Assembly: GCA_963755045.1 (NCBI GenBank)
Contig: CAVWIL010000007.1
Location: 485,243 to 549,242 of the forward strand
DNA: 64,000 nucleotides
Source: Nitrospirota bacterium
Lineage (GTDB): Bacteria; Nitrospirota; UBA9217
Direction of reading: 5' to 3'
The translations under genes and the position numbers were made by a program. Positions within the stretch are counted from its first letter, which is position 1, and every line of letters begins with the position of its first letter. This document shows, one piece after another, positions 40,546 to 50,214 of this stretch. The notes beneath the pieces are model-generated. The model saw nothing but the letters and a program-made list of their open reading frames with translations, made no database searches and was not told where the DNA came from.

Positions 40546-41298
40546 CTATTGCTTTTTCCGCGACGCGGTCGGCTTGCCCTTTACGGCCTCATTGAGGAAA
40601 AGGTTGAACGGGACCATAACCTTGAAAATATTCACGCAGTACGAAGCAAAATCGTCCGAGAGGATCTTTTTATCGTCCAGCGAATGGACAAGCGTCAGGT
40701 CCTTATACTTCAAATATTCTGCCATCGGGTCTTCCTTGTCGAAGCCCTGCGGGACCCTCACGAGTCTTTCCCCTTCTATTGTGAATGTTTTCCTGAAGTT
40801 CCTGTCACCGATAATTTTCAGGAACTTCTTCCCCTCAGCGCTGATTCTCGCGCGGATCGCTTTCATGTTTTTCGGTTCGGTCATGTGCACGCCGCCCGCG
40901 AGAAAGGCATTGCCCGGCTCCAGATGCAGGTAATACCCCGCGAGAAAGCCTTTTCCTCTTCCCGTCAGCACCGCGCCGAAATGCGTCTTGTACGGCGATT
41001 TGTCTTTTGAAAAACGTATGTCCCGGTAGATGCGAAACACGGCATCTTTCGCGACGATCCCTGCGGACGATTTGTCAAACTTCGCCGTCTCGTCGATCAG
41101 CGTTTGAACGAACCGGGTGAAGTTTTCATTGGCCGCAACGAACCTGTCCTTGTTTTTATTGAACCAGGCGCGCTCGTTGTTCTTTTTCAGCTCTCTGAGA
41201 AAGTGAAGGGTCTCTTTTTCAATAATAGATTTCACGAGTACCACCTCCTTCTCATAGTATATCCCAACAGGATCGAGGCTAAACAGCCGGATCGGCAT
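40546..41298 (-). CDS. DUF2461 (TIGR02453) family protein
   Basis: FLRELKKNNERAWF ... FRIYRDIRFSKDKSPYKTHF matches DUF2461 motifs. The true start is probably about 20 codons downstream of the first ATG. Confidence 0.65.
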   Translation of the reverse strand: MPIRLFSLDPVGIYYEKEVVLVKSIIEKETLHFLRELKKNNERAWFNKNKDRFVAANENFTRFVQTLIDETAKFDKSSAGIVAKDAVFRIYRDIRFSKDKSPYKTHFGAVLTGRGKGFLAGYYLHLEPGNAFLAGGVHMTEPKNMKAIRARISAEGKKFLKIIGDRNFRKTFTIEGERLVRVPQGFDKEDPMAEYLKYKDLTLVHSLDDKKILSDDFASYCVNIFKVMVPFNLFLNEAVKGKPTASRKKQ

Positions 41299-41437
41299 TG
41301 CGCCCGAGGTTATGGACCTTTGCTTCGGATTCCAATATGACGTCGTGGCCCAGGACTCCGAACTTGTTCATTTCTGCCAATCTGATGATCACTCTTCCGA
41401 AAGGAGCGTCCGCGATCCATTCGCCATTCACATTCTT

Positions 41438-42102
41438 TTATTTCTCCTTTTTAAGCCGTTTGCGACGGGCAAGCTCAGCCTCGCTGGGGGCCTCAAGCGC
41501 GAACGATCCTGTCTTGACCTCTCCCGAGCGTACATATGACGCAACGATGACACCGCTTGGCGAGGTCCCGCTTTCAATCAATTTGAATCCGGCCGGAATT
41601 GTGCCTTCGGCAAACAAGCGCTTTCCCCTGCCGAGCGTGATAGGGAATATTTTCAGCCAAAGCTCGTCAACCAGGTCGTGCTTCAACAGCGTTTGAATAA
41701 GAACGCCGCTGCCGTGTACTTGCAATTCGGGCCCGTCCTGCTCCTTTAGTTTTTTAACTCCCTTCGCGACATTCCCCTTGATGAGTTCGGAGTTCCAGTC
41801 GAGCTTCCTCAGCGTCTTTGAAACCACGTATTTTCTCGCCTTATTAATTCCGGTCGCAATGGGATCTCCATCGATCTTCGCATACGGCCAGTACGCCGCG
41901 AAAATCTCATAGGTTTTTCTGCCGAGCAACAAATCAAAGGGTTTGCTCATTTGCTTGTCCATCACGTTGCCAAGGAATCATCAAAATAGCCCGCAACCCA
42001 CCCGCCGTGCTTGAACCCACCGGTGGGATCTTCTTCAGGCCCGCCGGGGGCCTGCATCACGCCGTCAAGGGTTATGAAAGACAGAACAATAAGTTTTCTC
42101 AT
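41438..42102 (-). pseudogene. RibD C-terminal-domain / dihydrofolate-reductase-like family protein, interrupted by a frameshift near 41960-41985
   Basis: N-terminal 46 codons (MRKLIVLSFITLDGVMQAPGGPEED ...) have an AAGGGG RBS and ATG 42102 but run into TGA. The C-terminal part (KPFDLLLGRKTYEIFAAYWP ...) continues in the +2 frame. Confidence 0.65.
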
Positions 42103-42104
42103 TA

Positions 42105-42569
42105 TTATTCCCCTTTGTATGCCCGTTTGAGGGCTGCAATGTCAAACTTTTTCATCTTGAGAAACGCTTCGGTGACCCTCGCCAATTTCTTCTTGTCTTT
42201 ATCTTTCATCATCTTGTCCATTACAGTTGGGACGATCTGCCATGAAAGGCCGAACTTGTCCTTAAGCCAGCCGCACTGTTCCGCTTCCGGCACTGCGGAG
42301 AGTTTTTTCCAGTAGTAGTCTATTTCTTCCTGGGTATCGCAGTTGACGATGAAGGAGATCGCTTCGTTGAACTTAAAGAGAGGACCGGCTGAGATCATCA
42401 TGAATTCCTGTCCGAAAAGCTCGATAGTAACGACATCCACCGTGCCGGAAGGGGTGTCCCGGAGCGTCATAGTGTTCTTGATCTTTGATTTGGGGAAAAC
42501 GGATGTGTAGAATTTCGCCGCCTTCTTCGCTTCCTTGTCGAACCATAAATGGGGTGTGATTTTTTGCAT
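42105..42569 (-). CDS. VOC family protein (PhnB / 3-demethylubiquinone-9 methyltransferase-domain-like)
   Basis: ATG 42569 after an AAGGAGG RBS. MQKITPHLWFDKEAKKAAKFYTSVF is a typical PhnB-like N-terminus. Confidence 0.7.
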   Translation of the reverse strand: MQKITPHLWFDKEAKKAAKFYTSVFPKSKIKNTMTLRDTPSGTVDVVTIELFGQEFMMISAGPLFKFNEAISFIVNCDTQEEIDYYWKKLSAVPEAEQCGWLKDKFGLSWQIVPTVMDKMMKDKDKKKLARVTEAFLKMKKFDIAALKRAYKGE

Positions 42570-42766
42570 ATGTGCCTCCTTGTCTGTTGATGGTTTTGGC
42601 CGCAGCCGAGTAACGTTCAACGGTTACGATGCCCGTTTCGTGGTTTGGTAATCGGTTGCATCTTAACAACCACGAAAGACGAACCACGTGACCGAAACGG
42701 GCATCGTTACCATTACCGAACGATAAAAAAGATTCGCGCGAACGCGTGAAATCCCGCGAAGAAATA

Positions 42767-43117
42767 CTATATATCAACGAGGACCTTGAAACCGCCATAC
42801 ACCATGCGTTTCATGTCGAAGGGCATCTCCTTCGGGCTCATCTTTTCCATCTCTTTCATCACCTTTGCATTGACGCGGTCGCGGTGCGCCCGGGACTTGT
42901 AAACAATCCAGGAGAAAACCACGGTCTCGCCCGGCTTCAATTTCATCATTCGTAAAAAAGTCGTCCCCCACTTGTTCTCCAAGTCGTCTCCGACGCACTC
43001 CTTATAATCGATCGCGCCGTGCTTCATCCACATCTCTTTTCCCATCCTGGCCATTCGGACGTAGACTTTCAGGTTTTTCTTCGGTACCGGTATCACAAAT
43101 CCATCGACGTAATGCAT
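42767..43117 (-). CDS. DUF1428 family protein
   Basis: MHYVDGFVIPVPKKNLKVY matches the characteristic DUF1428 N-terminus. Confidence 0.65.
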   Translation of the reverse strand: MHYVDGFVIPVPKKNLKVYVRMARMGKEMWMKHGAIDYKECVGDDLENKWGTTFLRMMKLKPGETVVFSWIVYKSRAHRDRVNAKVMKEMEKMSPKEMPFDMKRMVYGGFKVLVDI

Positions 43118-43239
43118 AAGAATCTCCTTTCCCGTTCTTTATTATGGTTTGCGGCAGATTAACATCCTTCCTCTTATTCGCCTCTCTGTTTCTCATCCTT
43201 AGTATCAATCGTCCATTTCAGGGAAACAGCAGGGAAACA

Positions 43240-43262
43240 GGGACGTAGTGACCGACATGGAC
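43240..43262 (+). repeat. partial third copy of repeat family R2 (GGGACGTAGTGACCGAcATGgAC)
   Basis: 22/23-nt match to the left arm of the R2 hairpin. Confidence 0.5.
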
Positions 43263-43300
43263 TTTCGTTGTTCCACTTGATCTTTTATATCCTCGCCTGT

Positions 43301-44245
43301 TTAATCTCCCGCGTGAGCCCTCTCCACAAGCGGCATAGCAAGAATCAACCGTGCCACCTCGTCAGGCTCATCCATTTGAACATAGTGCCGGGCGCCGGGC
43401 AGAAGAAACAGCTCGGAGGTTGGAAAGAACTGGTGAAAGCTCCGGGCCACTCCTATGTTCAGGTAAGGGTCGGCATCACCGAAAATGATCCGCACAGGAC
43501 GTTTAAACTCTCTCAGCATTGGAATCATCTTTGTTCTCGATCGTACTGTCGGCAGCAAGTCTTCGTTCAACCTGAAGAACGCGGGACGAGCGCCTGGTAT
43601 GGCTTCGAATTGCCGATATAACACCGGGAGAAATTCGTCTCTGACCGCTGCATCACGGAAGAATCTCCCGACTTGCCACAGAAACATGCGATGGAAGATG
43701 AAATCACCAAACATCTGCGATACAGGCCGTGCGATGCTTCTCACCAGAGGTGTTGAGAAAAGCAAAATCGCCTCTGGAGGCCGGAGCGTCGGCATTTTAC
43801 AATAGTATGTGTTCAGCAGCACGAGCCCTGCGACGCGCCCGGCATGGGCAAGCGCCCAGTCAATCGCCGGCGGCCCGGAAGCGTCGTGTGCTACAAGGAC
43901 AACGCGCTGAAGCTTCAGTTGTTCGACAACGGCGGCCAACTCCAGCACCTGGTTCGCGGCGGTGTAGGGATAACCGGCAGGCTTATCGGAAGCCCCCCAC
44001 CCAAGAAAATCAAACGTGACTGTTCGTCGTAGCGGTGAGAGGTGGGGAACAAGGCGGTCATACAGGTGCAGATTATCGGGAAATCCGTGCATCAGTATAA
44101 TCGTCGGTTCTTCGCCCGGGTACTCTCGAACATAAATCCGATGTTGATTCAGTTGTACAAATTTCTCTTCGTAGTTCATCACTTCACCCAGAGAGGTTGT
44201 GCGTATGAAGTTCATAGCTCGCCCTTGCCGGCCATTGTTGCTCAA
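43301..44245 (-). CDS. alpha/beta-fold hydrolase (haloalkane-dehalogenase-like)
   Basis: HGFPDN ... VLVAHDASG nucleophile elbow. Typical length. Confidence 0.7.
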   Translation of the reverse strand: MSNNGRQGRAMNFIRTTSLGEVMNYEEKFVQLNQHRIYVREYPGEEPTIILMHGFPDNLHLYDRLVPHLSPLRRTVTFDFLGWGASDKPAGYPYTAANQVLELAAVVEQLKLQRVVLVAHDASGPPAIDWALAHAGRVAGLVLLNTYYCKMPTLRPPEAILLFSTPLVRSIARPVSQMFGDFIFHRMFLWQVGRFFRDAAVRDEFLPVLYRQFEAIPGARPAFFRLNEDLLPTVRSRTKMIPMLREFKRPVRIIFGDADPYLNIGVARSFHQFFPTSELFLLPGARHYVQMDEPDEVARLILAMPLVERAHAGD

Positions 44246-44248
44246 GAA

Positions 44249-45208
44249 TCAATTCTTGCCACTGTCTTTGGCCTTCATCGGATCGGCCCAGCTGCCTGCG
44301 CCGCTTTTCCCGTCTAGAAACGGAATCGCGGCTTCGGTCAATTTCGGCGATAAGAACATCTCGTAGTGAGTGAGATCCGGCAGTATTGCAAGGCGGTTTT
44401 TCGACATATATTCGCGCTTCCAGCCGGCATCCTTCAGCCCCCCGCCGAGAAGCTGGTAGAACTTTACAATGTGCTCGGGACGAATCATGTCGCTGTCGCC
44501 GTAGATCAACATAACCGGCATGGCAAGTTTCTTGACATCTTCCGACCAATCGTATGGTTTGCGCATCATCTCGCCCATTCGGTCCAAAAGCTTCGGGAAA
44601 TCCTCCGGGTGTGGAGCAATCGCGATGTATGACTTATACATCGGCGTCTCTTTCATGAACTCTGCCATCGCGGCGCCGACTTGCGCCTGCTGCGGCAGCA
44701 TCTCGTGATAAAATCCGTCCTGCGCATACGGAGTCGAAACCAGGACCAGGCGCCGTACCATCTCTGGATGCTGCACCGCAAACCGGAGAGCGACTCCGCC
44801 GCCCATGGAGTAATCGAGGACATCTACCTATCCATATCCGAGATTCTTGAGGATGACTGTCATGTCGTTGCCCATGTCAATGAGGCTGATCGGTCGATCT
44901 CCCAGCGTGGTGCGGCCGTGGCCATGGAGGTCTACGGCTACAACCTGCCGATTTTCCACAAGCGCGGGGAGCGCCGGCCCAAACATCTCGATCTGGCCCA
45001 GTCCGCCGTGCAAGAGAAGCAATGGTTCCCCCCGCCCCCGGATTTCGTAGTAATAATTCACACCGTTTGCGGCGACATATCCGCTCTTAACAACATGCGC
45101 CTTATCAGCGCGCATCCCGTTTTTGACGAAGTATGATATCCCGATCCAGGCCACTGCGGCGAGAACGACCACCATAATGATCGCTATGGCAACGTTTCTC
45201 TTGTTCAT
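44249..45208 (-). pseudogene. alpha/beta-fold hydrolase with an in-frame TAG stop (44828..44830) just upstream of the nucleophile elbow
   Basis: ORF 44828..45208 (signal/TM, HGGLG) and ORF 44249..44806 are in the same frame. The junction reads ...NLGYG-TAG-VDVLDYSMGGGVA... Confidence 0.7.
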
Positions 45209-45397
45209 GCTATTCTCCTTACTCTATCGGTTATGGTTCGGTTACCCGACGAAGATTGCTGTCTCTTGCGGACCTGGTGCAGGCGCGACAACACACCTGT
45301 TGTTACCTCATCCTCCGCGGTGATTTCGCGCCTTCGATTAGAGAACGATTGACGGCAATTTATGCACATTCCAATAAAGAACAAGAAAACTATCAAT

Positions 45398-45421
45398 TTA
45401 TTAATAGCGCGCGATTAATAA
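45398..45421. promoter_or_regulatory. perfect palindrome TTATTAAT-AGCGCGCG-ATTAATAA, candidate operator about 190 bp upstream of the hydrolase gene
   Basis: Seen directly in sequence. 8-bp AT arms around a GC core. Confidence 0.3.
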
Positions 45422-45839
45422 TTGTCAACTGGATAAAAGTATCAATCTCGCGATTCAGCAGGACCTGCTCTACTTTTATCTTCATGGAACAGGGTCACTT
45501 CTCTTGAAGCCCAGTATAGCTTTTATCTCGCGATGACCATCGTCACTTTCTTGTTTGCCTTCATGGCCTTTCCATATAGTCTCTGAATTGACAATCTTCT
45601 TGCCGGACGGGAGCACACTGAAGCTGTTGAATCAAGCTGTTTTTGCGCTACGGACGTGCCGTTTATCTATGGTGTAAATAGCCGACTGAGTATTATTGAC
45701 GTAACGGATGTATTTGCGCGCATGCGGAAGATTCGCAGGCCACGGATCGCTCAACATGGTTACGCTGCATGTCGAAGTTGTCTCGGATGGGAAAATCTGC
45801 CGGTAAATGATCGCCTGTTCGCCTGTGTGAATTCTCTAT

Positions 45840-45869
45840 AAAAAAGGCGCCCTTACAGGCGCCTTTTTA
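45840..45869. terminator. bidirectional intrinsic terminator (AAAAAGGCGCC-CTTAC-AGGCGCCTTTTT) downstream of the GDYXXLXY gene
   Basis: Perfect GC-rich stem with an A-run and a T-run on either side. Lies 48 nt after the stop at 45917. Confidence 0.75.
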
Positions 45870-45916
45870 TAATTCCTTTACCAACAACGTTGATTTCGAT
45901 TCGGCAACCATCCCCC

Positions 45917-46933
45917 TCAATCAATGTTCCCCCGGCCATGGAATGCGCGTGACGGCAGACGGCCGTGCCATATGAGTGCGGCGTCCTTGAGAGCTGCCGA
46001 TGCTTCGGTCGAGGGTGGTCTGTATACGATGCGAAACCGTTCGTTCCATTCGAGCGTGCCGGTTTCAACAAGGGTGTTATTCCTGAGCACCTGCCACTGC
46101 TGCTCGGCAAGGTCGATATCGTAATAACGCGCCTCCTCGGGCTGGAGCACCAGGATATCATTGTCCGTGACAGTCAGGCTGCTGCACTGGGGCCGGTCCG
46201 GGACCTTTGTGTTCAGTCCCGGCGACACAGGATCGAGTGAGAGCGAACAGAAACCGGGAAGATTCACGAGGGCCATGGGTTTTTGCGAGGTGTTCTTTAG
46301 TGTAAGCCGGAGCCGCGCGCTCTTCCGGCCTGCTGGATCGTTCTGTCTCGGGCTTTCGATCATTTCCAGCCCTATACCGATGGGACTCCATTGGTAGCCG
46401 CGGATCACGGCCGTGCCGTCACCTCCCACGGCGACCTCCATTTCAAGCGGCGTCTGGATCGTGGCGCGCGTCCCCTGCTGTTTTTCGATCTCGATCCCTT
46501 TCCCTTGCTGAACGTAGTAGGACTCGATGCCGTACTCAACAGCCGCCGCGTTCCGAAATGCGATCCCGAACTGCCACGGCTGCGCGAGGCGGCCCTTGAG
46601 AAAGATCCCCGATTCAGGCCTGATCGTCGAGAGGCCCGTTACTTCGGCCAGGCCGCCCTCTCCATTGGCAAGTGAGGCGTATACCGTGTCTCCGGATGAC
46701 GCTTGTTTTTTGATCTGCTCCGCAATGTCGGCCGACGCCCGGGCGAGGGGAACGATCGATGCTTCATACCGGAGCCGGACATAATCGCCCCGGAACAGGT
46801 CACGGGGATCGATGGGCGCGGTGCGGAGGTGTACCATGGTCCCGGTAGCGGCAACGTACTCGCGCTTTCCGGCCATGAAGACCAGGACAAGGACCTGCAG
46901 GACGATCGCGATGATAAGAAGTGCCCGCCTCAT
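45917..46933 (-). CDS. GDYXXLXY-domain protein (membrane-anchored, periplasmic)
   Basis: N-terminal TM helix and the FRGDYVRLRY motif. Confidence 0.75.
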   Translation of the reverse strand: MRRALLIIAIVLQVLVLVFMAGKREYVAATGTMVHLRTAPIDPRDLFRGDYVRLRYEASIVPLARASADIAEQIKKQASSGDTVYASLANGEGGLAEVTGLSTIRPESGIFLKGRLAQPWQFGIAFRNAAAVEYGIESYYVQQGKGIEIEKQQGTRATIQTPLEMEVAVGGDGTAVIRGYQWSPIGIGLEMIESPRQNDPAGRKSARLRLTLKNTSQKPMALVNLPGFCSLSLDPVSPGLNTKVPDRPQCSSLTVTDNDILVLQPEEARYYDIDLAEQQWQVLRNNTLVETGTLEWNERFRIVYRPPSTEASAALKDAALIWHGRLPSRAFHGRGNID

Positions 46934-48219
46934 GGTGCGGCCTCCTTGCGCGCCCTGCGAACGCGCGCGAAAAAGACCCCTATGCCGAGCATCATCCCGC
47001 CGACCACAAGAAAGACCGCGGCCCGGGCGAGCAGGCTGTGGAACAAGTCAACATACCGCGCTATGGCAAGCGCGGTCAGGAGCAGGCTGCCCATGATCGC
47101 CGAGCGGAGTTGGAGGGTCTGAAAACCGCGCAGCATCAGCATGACGGCCGAAAAGAGGATCAGCAGGTTATACGGCGCCGTGGAGAGCGCTCCCTGCAGT
47201 TTGAGTACTCCGAAGAACTGGAGGCTGTACAGGATGAGCGCCAGGGGAACGGCAAGGTGATCGATGCGCAGACCTTCGTTGATCCGTTCTTTGATGTCGG
47301 TGAACGGCCGGAGCGCGAATATCCAGAGCCCCAGGGCGATCGCGAGAAAGAGCGTGAACCACAGGTCGGCGGCGTTCTCGTGCGGCCGGTACGAAAAGGT
47401 CTCGCGGGCTTCACGGAACGTGAGGACAAAGAGCATGAAGAAGTAAAGAAGGTCTCCGAAGAAGAAACAAACAGGCGCGAGTTCCGGAACGTCGCTCGAT
47501 CGTTTGAGAAGAAGTCCAAGAGCAATGAGAGACGCGGCAACGGCGAAGAAGGCCGGCATCAGGATATACCCGTTCAACCGCTCGAGCATGGTGAAAAGGA
47601 CAAAGAGAAACGCAGCCAGGCCGGCGGATGCGAGCACCCGGGAACTGAGCACCCGGGCGAGCGGAAGGATGCCGAGCAGGATCAGCGCGGGCGCGGCATA
47701 CACCGGGTTGTGAAAAGTGAACGCCTCGGCCCCATTCCACAGGACCAGGAGCGCCGTGGCCAGGAGAGCCTGGGCGAGCGACGGCAGGACCCAGGCAAGA
47801 GACAATGCGCCCAGGCCCCAGACCAAGAAGGCGGTAGGATAATGCTCGTTGATATGGTAGATCTGGGCAACGAGCCAGATGCCCGCGCCAAAGAACATGG
47901 TGCCCAGGACATGAAGGGTCTCCTGCGTTACGCGGCGCTTCACAAATAAGCCCGCGCCGTGGACCGATATGAGGGCCGCGAACACGACGCCCAGCTTTGC
48001 GAACTTGTGCATCTTTTCCCAGTTGTAGGCAAAGAGCAGGATTACGCCCAGCCCGATCAGCAATGCCCCGGCAACAGCGAAGGCAACACGCCCCCACGTA
48101 CCCGCCTGTTCGTCGGTGGGGTAGCGGCCGCGGATTGCGCCGGCCTGGACATCGTCGATCAGCCCTTCCTGCACCCAGAGATCAAGTTCCTTCAGCAGCC
48201 AGTTGATGTGCCTTTTCAT
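46930..48219 (-). CDS. DUF2157 (with DUF4401-like region) polytopic membrane protein
   Basis: N-terminal LLKELDLWVQEGLIDDVQAGAIRGRY (DUF2157-like) and about 10 TM helices. Overlaps the downstream GDYXXLXY gene by 4 nt. Confidence 0.65.
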   Translation of the reverse strand: MKRHINWLLKELDLWVQEGLIDDVQAGAIRGRYPTDEQAGTWGRVAFAVAGALLIGLGVILLFAYNWEKMHKFAKLGVVFAALISVHGAGLFVKRRVTQETLHVLGTMFFGAGIWLVAQIYHINEHYPTAFLVWGLGALSLAWVLPSLAQALLATALLVLWNGAEAFTFHNPVYAAPALILLGILPLARVLSSRVLASAGLAAFLFVLFTMLERLNGYILMPAFFAVAASLIALGLLLKRSSDVPELAPVCFFFGDLLYFFMLFVLTFREARETFSYRPHENAADLWFTLFLAIALGLWIFALRPFTDIKERINEGLRIDHLAVPLALILYSLQFFGVLKLQGALSTAPYNLLILFSAVMLMLRGFQTLQLRSAIMGSLLLTALAIARYVDLFHSLLARAAVFLVVGGMMLGIGVFFARVRRARKEAAP

Positions 48220-48262
48220 AATTGGATGGACCTGCAGGGAGCTCCAAGGGTCCCGTTCCCGC

Positions 48263-48586
48263 TCATTTTCGATACTTAATAACCGTGCCCTTCACTGTCG
48301 TAACGTATCCGTTCAATACGTAGGCCCAGAACCAGTGCTCCGATATTTCAGGATTCAGGAGCGCATCCCCTCCCTTGCTGATAACGGCATTATGATACGC
48401 TTCCAGGAATCTTTCATTTTGCCCGATCGGTATAAAGTTGAACAGCATGATCCCCGTTGAACTGCCTTCACCTTCTCCCAGCACATCGTATCCCGAACTT
48501 GCCATATCCGTGGGGATCTTGAGCGGCGCGGAATGGCATCCGGCAACGAACACAAATAAGACATATGCCAATAAGATTCTTTTCAT
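48263..48586 (-). CDS. small lipoprotein (TRL-like family?), first gene of the DUF2157/GDYXXLXY operon
   Basis: Lipobox VAGCHS. The family assignment is tentative. Confidence 0.4.
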   Translation of the reverse strand: MKRILLAYVLFVFVAGCHSAPLKIPTDMASSGYDVLGEGEGSSTGIMLFNFIPIGQNERFLEAYHNAVISKGGDALLNPEISEHWFWAYVLNGYVTTVKGTVIKYRK

Positions 48587-49464
48587 TTGACAACCTCCTT
48601 AAGGTAAATAGTGTGGGTATCTTTTCGCGCAGACTCAGAAAACCTCTTAGGGCCTGGTCTTTCTCCGGAAACATACAGGACGTTGATAATGCACAGCACA
48701 GTGCAAAAAAACCTTGTCTTCATTGGCAACTGTTTTTAATGCACAAATTTGCCGGGGGTGGATAGGGGGTCAGATGATGCTGACCGATTATATTACACAG
48801 CCTGTTTTTGTCAAGGATTTCATTACAAGAAACGTGTTGTTTGAATGCAGATTTGAACCAGCGTATAATCCCAGAAACCTGATTGGGGTCTGTCATGAAT
48901 CATCTGTTCTCAGAAGGTTGTCTAAGCTGGCACTGATCCATGTGTGCATTGGTTTTTTGGGCAGCTCATCACTCGGCCACGCAGCATGCCGGAAATTTAC
49001 AGTATCTGCGCGCTGATATGCAGGTCTCGCATCACTCCACCCGCGCCCTTTTAAAAAGGGCGCGGCCGTGTCTGCCTTGTCTTGTTCTCGTAAGTACGAT
49101 CTGTGCAGCATTGCTATGCGTGTCTTTCGCTCAGAGCTACCCGGCGCAGGGAACGGCAGAACTTAAAAGGCTTACCCCACTCAGTGGCGAATTAACCTCT
49201 ACGGGGTTTGGGGAGAGACTTATATCTTTGCCTTTCCAGAAGCCCCTGCATCCCATGAACAGGTAAACCCAGCTTTGGGACTTATCTTCTTCAGGTCCAT
49301 GAATCACTCATTATGTATACACATTATACTGAGTTGCGGCTACATTGTCAGGGTTTTCGGCACGGCAGGTGGTTCATTTTGTAATGGGTGAGATAAGGTC
49401 ACGGGGTTAAATCTTCATTCGTTTCATTCACTCGCACCTGAGGTCTTGCGGCTTGACATCCCCC

Positions 49465-49791
49465 CTACGCGGCAGCCTGATGCGCTTCCACGCGAAGCTT
49501 TACGCACTCGTGGGTCTGAAGGATCTTGATGATCTCAATGATGTTTTCGGCGCGGGGATTGCCGTTTGGACCGAGCATGCGATGCACGCTCTTGTCCGAT
49601 TTCTTGAGTTTCTTGGCCAACTGCTGGAACGTGATCGTTGCGTTGATGTAGTCGCGAAGCATCGCTTTGCCAACCGTAAGATCTCCCGCCAGGAGTTCGT
49701 TCACAGCCTCGGTCAGCAACTGCCGGCGAAATGTTGGATCGGCTTCGGCTCGCGATAGAATTGTTGCGCGAAATTTGCGTGTAATAGGCAT
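49465..49791 (-). CDS. higA: addiction-module antidote protein, HigA family (HTH)
   Basis: LTEAVNELLAGDLTVGKAMLRDYINATITFQQLAKK pattern of the TIGR02684-type antidote. Follows the killer gene. Confidence 0.65.
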   Translation of the reverse strand: MPITRKFRATILSRAEADPTFRRQLLTEAVNELLAGDLTVGKAMLRDYINATITFQQLAKKLKKSDKSVHRMLGPNGNPRAENIIEIIKILQTHECVKLRVEAHQAAA

Positions 49792-49800
49792 CCTGTCCCC

Positions 49801-50133
49801 TCACTTCTTTTTTGTCTTCTCTTTTTTATATTCGGCCCACAGCATCTGTGCGGTCATGATGTCTTTTCCTTGAGTCTTTTTACTGCCTCCGCCGAGCAGA
49901 ATGACGATTTCGTTGCCTTCCTGCCCGAAATATATCCTGTATCCCGGACCGAAGTCGATCTTATATTCAAAGATCCCCCTGCCGAGTGATTTTACGTTTG
50001 GAAAATTGCCTTGTTCCAGACGATAGAGCGCTGTGGCAACCTTCGCCGCCGCATGCCCATCCAGTTCGGTGAACCACATTACAAAGGGCGAATTGCCGTT
50101 ATGGATATATTCAACAACTTTGCGGACAACCAA
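49801..50133 (-). CDS. higB: addiction-module killer protein, HigB/RelE-like (TIGR02683-type)
   Basis: GNFPNVKSLGRGIFEYKIDFGPGYRIYFGQEGNEIVILLGGGSKKTQGKDIMTAQ pattern. Confidence 0.7.
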   Translation of the reverse strand: MVVRKVVEYIHNGNSPFVMWFTELDGHAAAKVATALYRLEQGNFPNVKSLGRGIFEYKIDFGPGYRIYFGQEGNEIVILLGGGSKKTQGKDIMTAQMLWAEYKKEKTKKK

Positions 50134-50150
50134 TTATCGTCTCCGCATAA

Positions 50151-50168
50151 GGTAACTTATTTGTTACC
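50151..50168. promoter_or_regulatory. GGTAAC-TTATTT-GTTACC palindrome immediately upstream of higB; likely HigBA autoregulatory operator
   Basis: 6-bp perfect arms. Lies 18-35 nt upstream of the higB start codon. Confidence 0.45.
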
Positions 50169-50214
50169 AATTGTCAATCTGTATTTTTTTAGAGATTATG
50201 GACTTAAATCCGTC

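Noticed and set aside
46921-47949. 342-aa highly charged plus-strand ORF, and 228-aa Arg-rich minus-strand ORF 47411..48097
   Set aside because: Both lie within or opposite the DUF2157 polytopic membrane-protein gene 46930..48219, which has clear TM periodicity. The alternatives are low-complexity and lack starts with an RBS.
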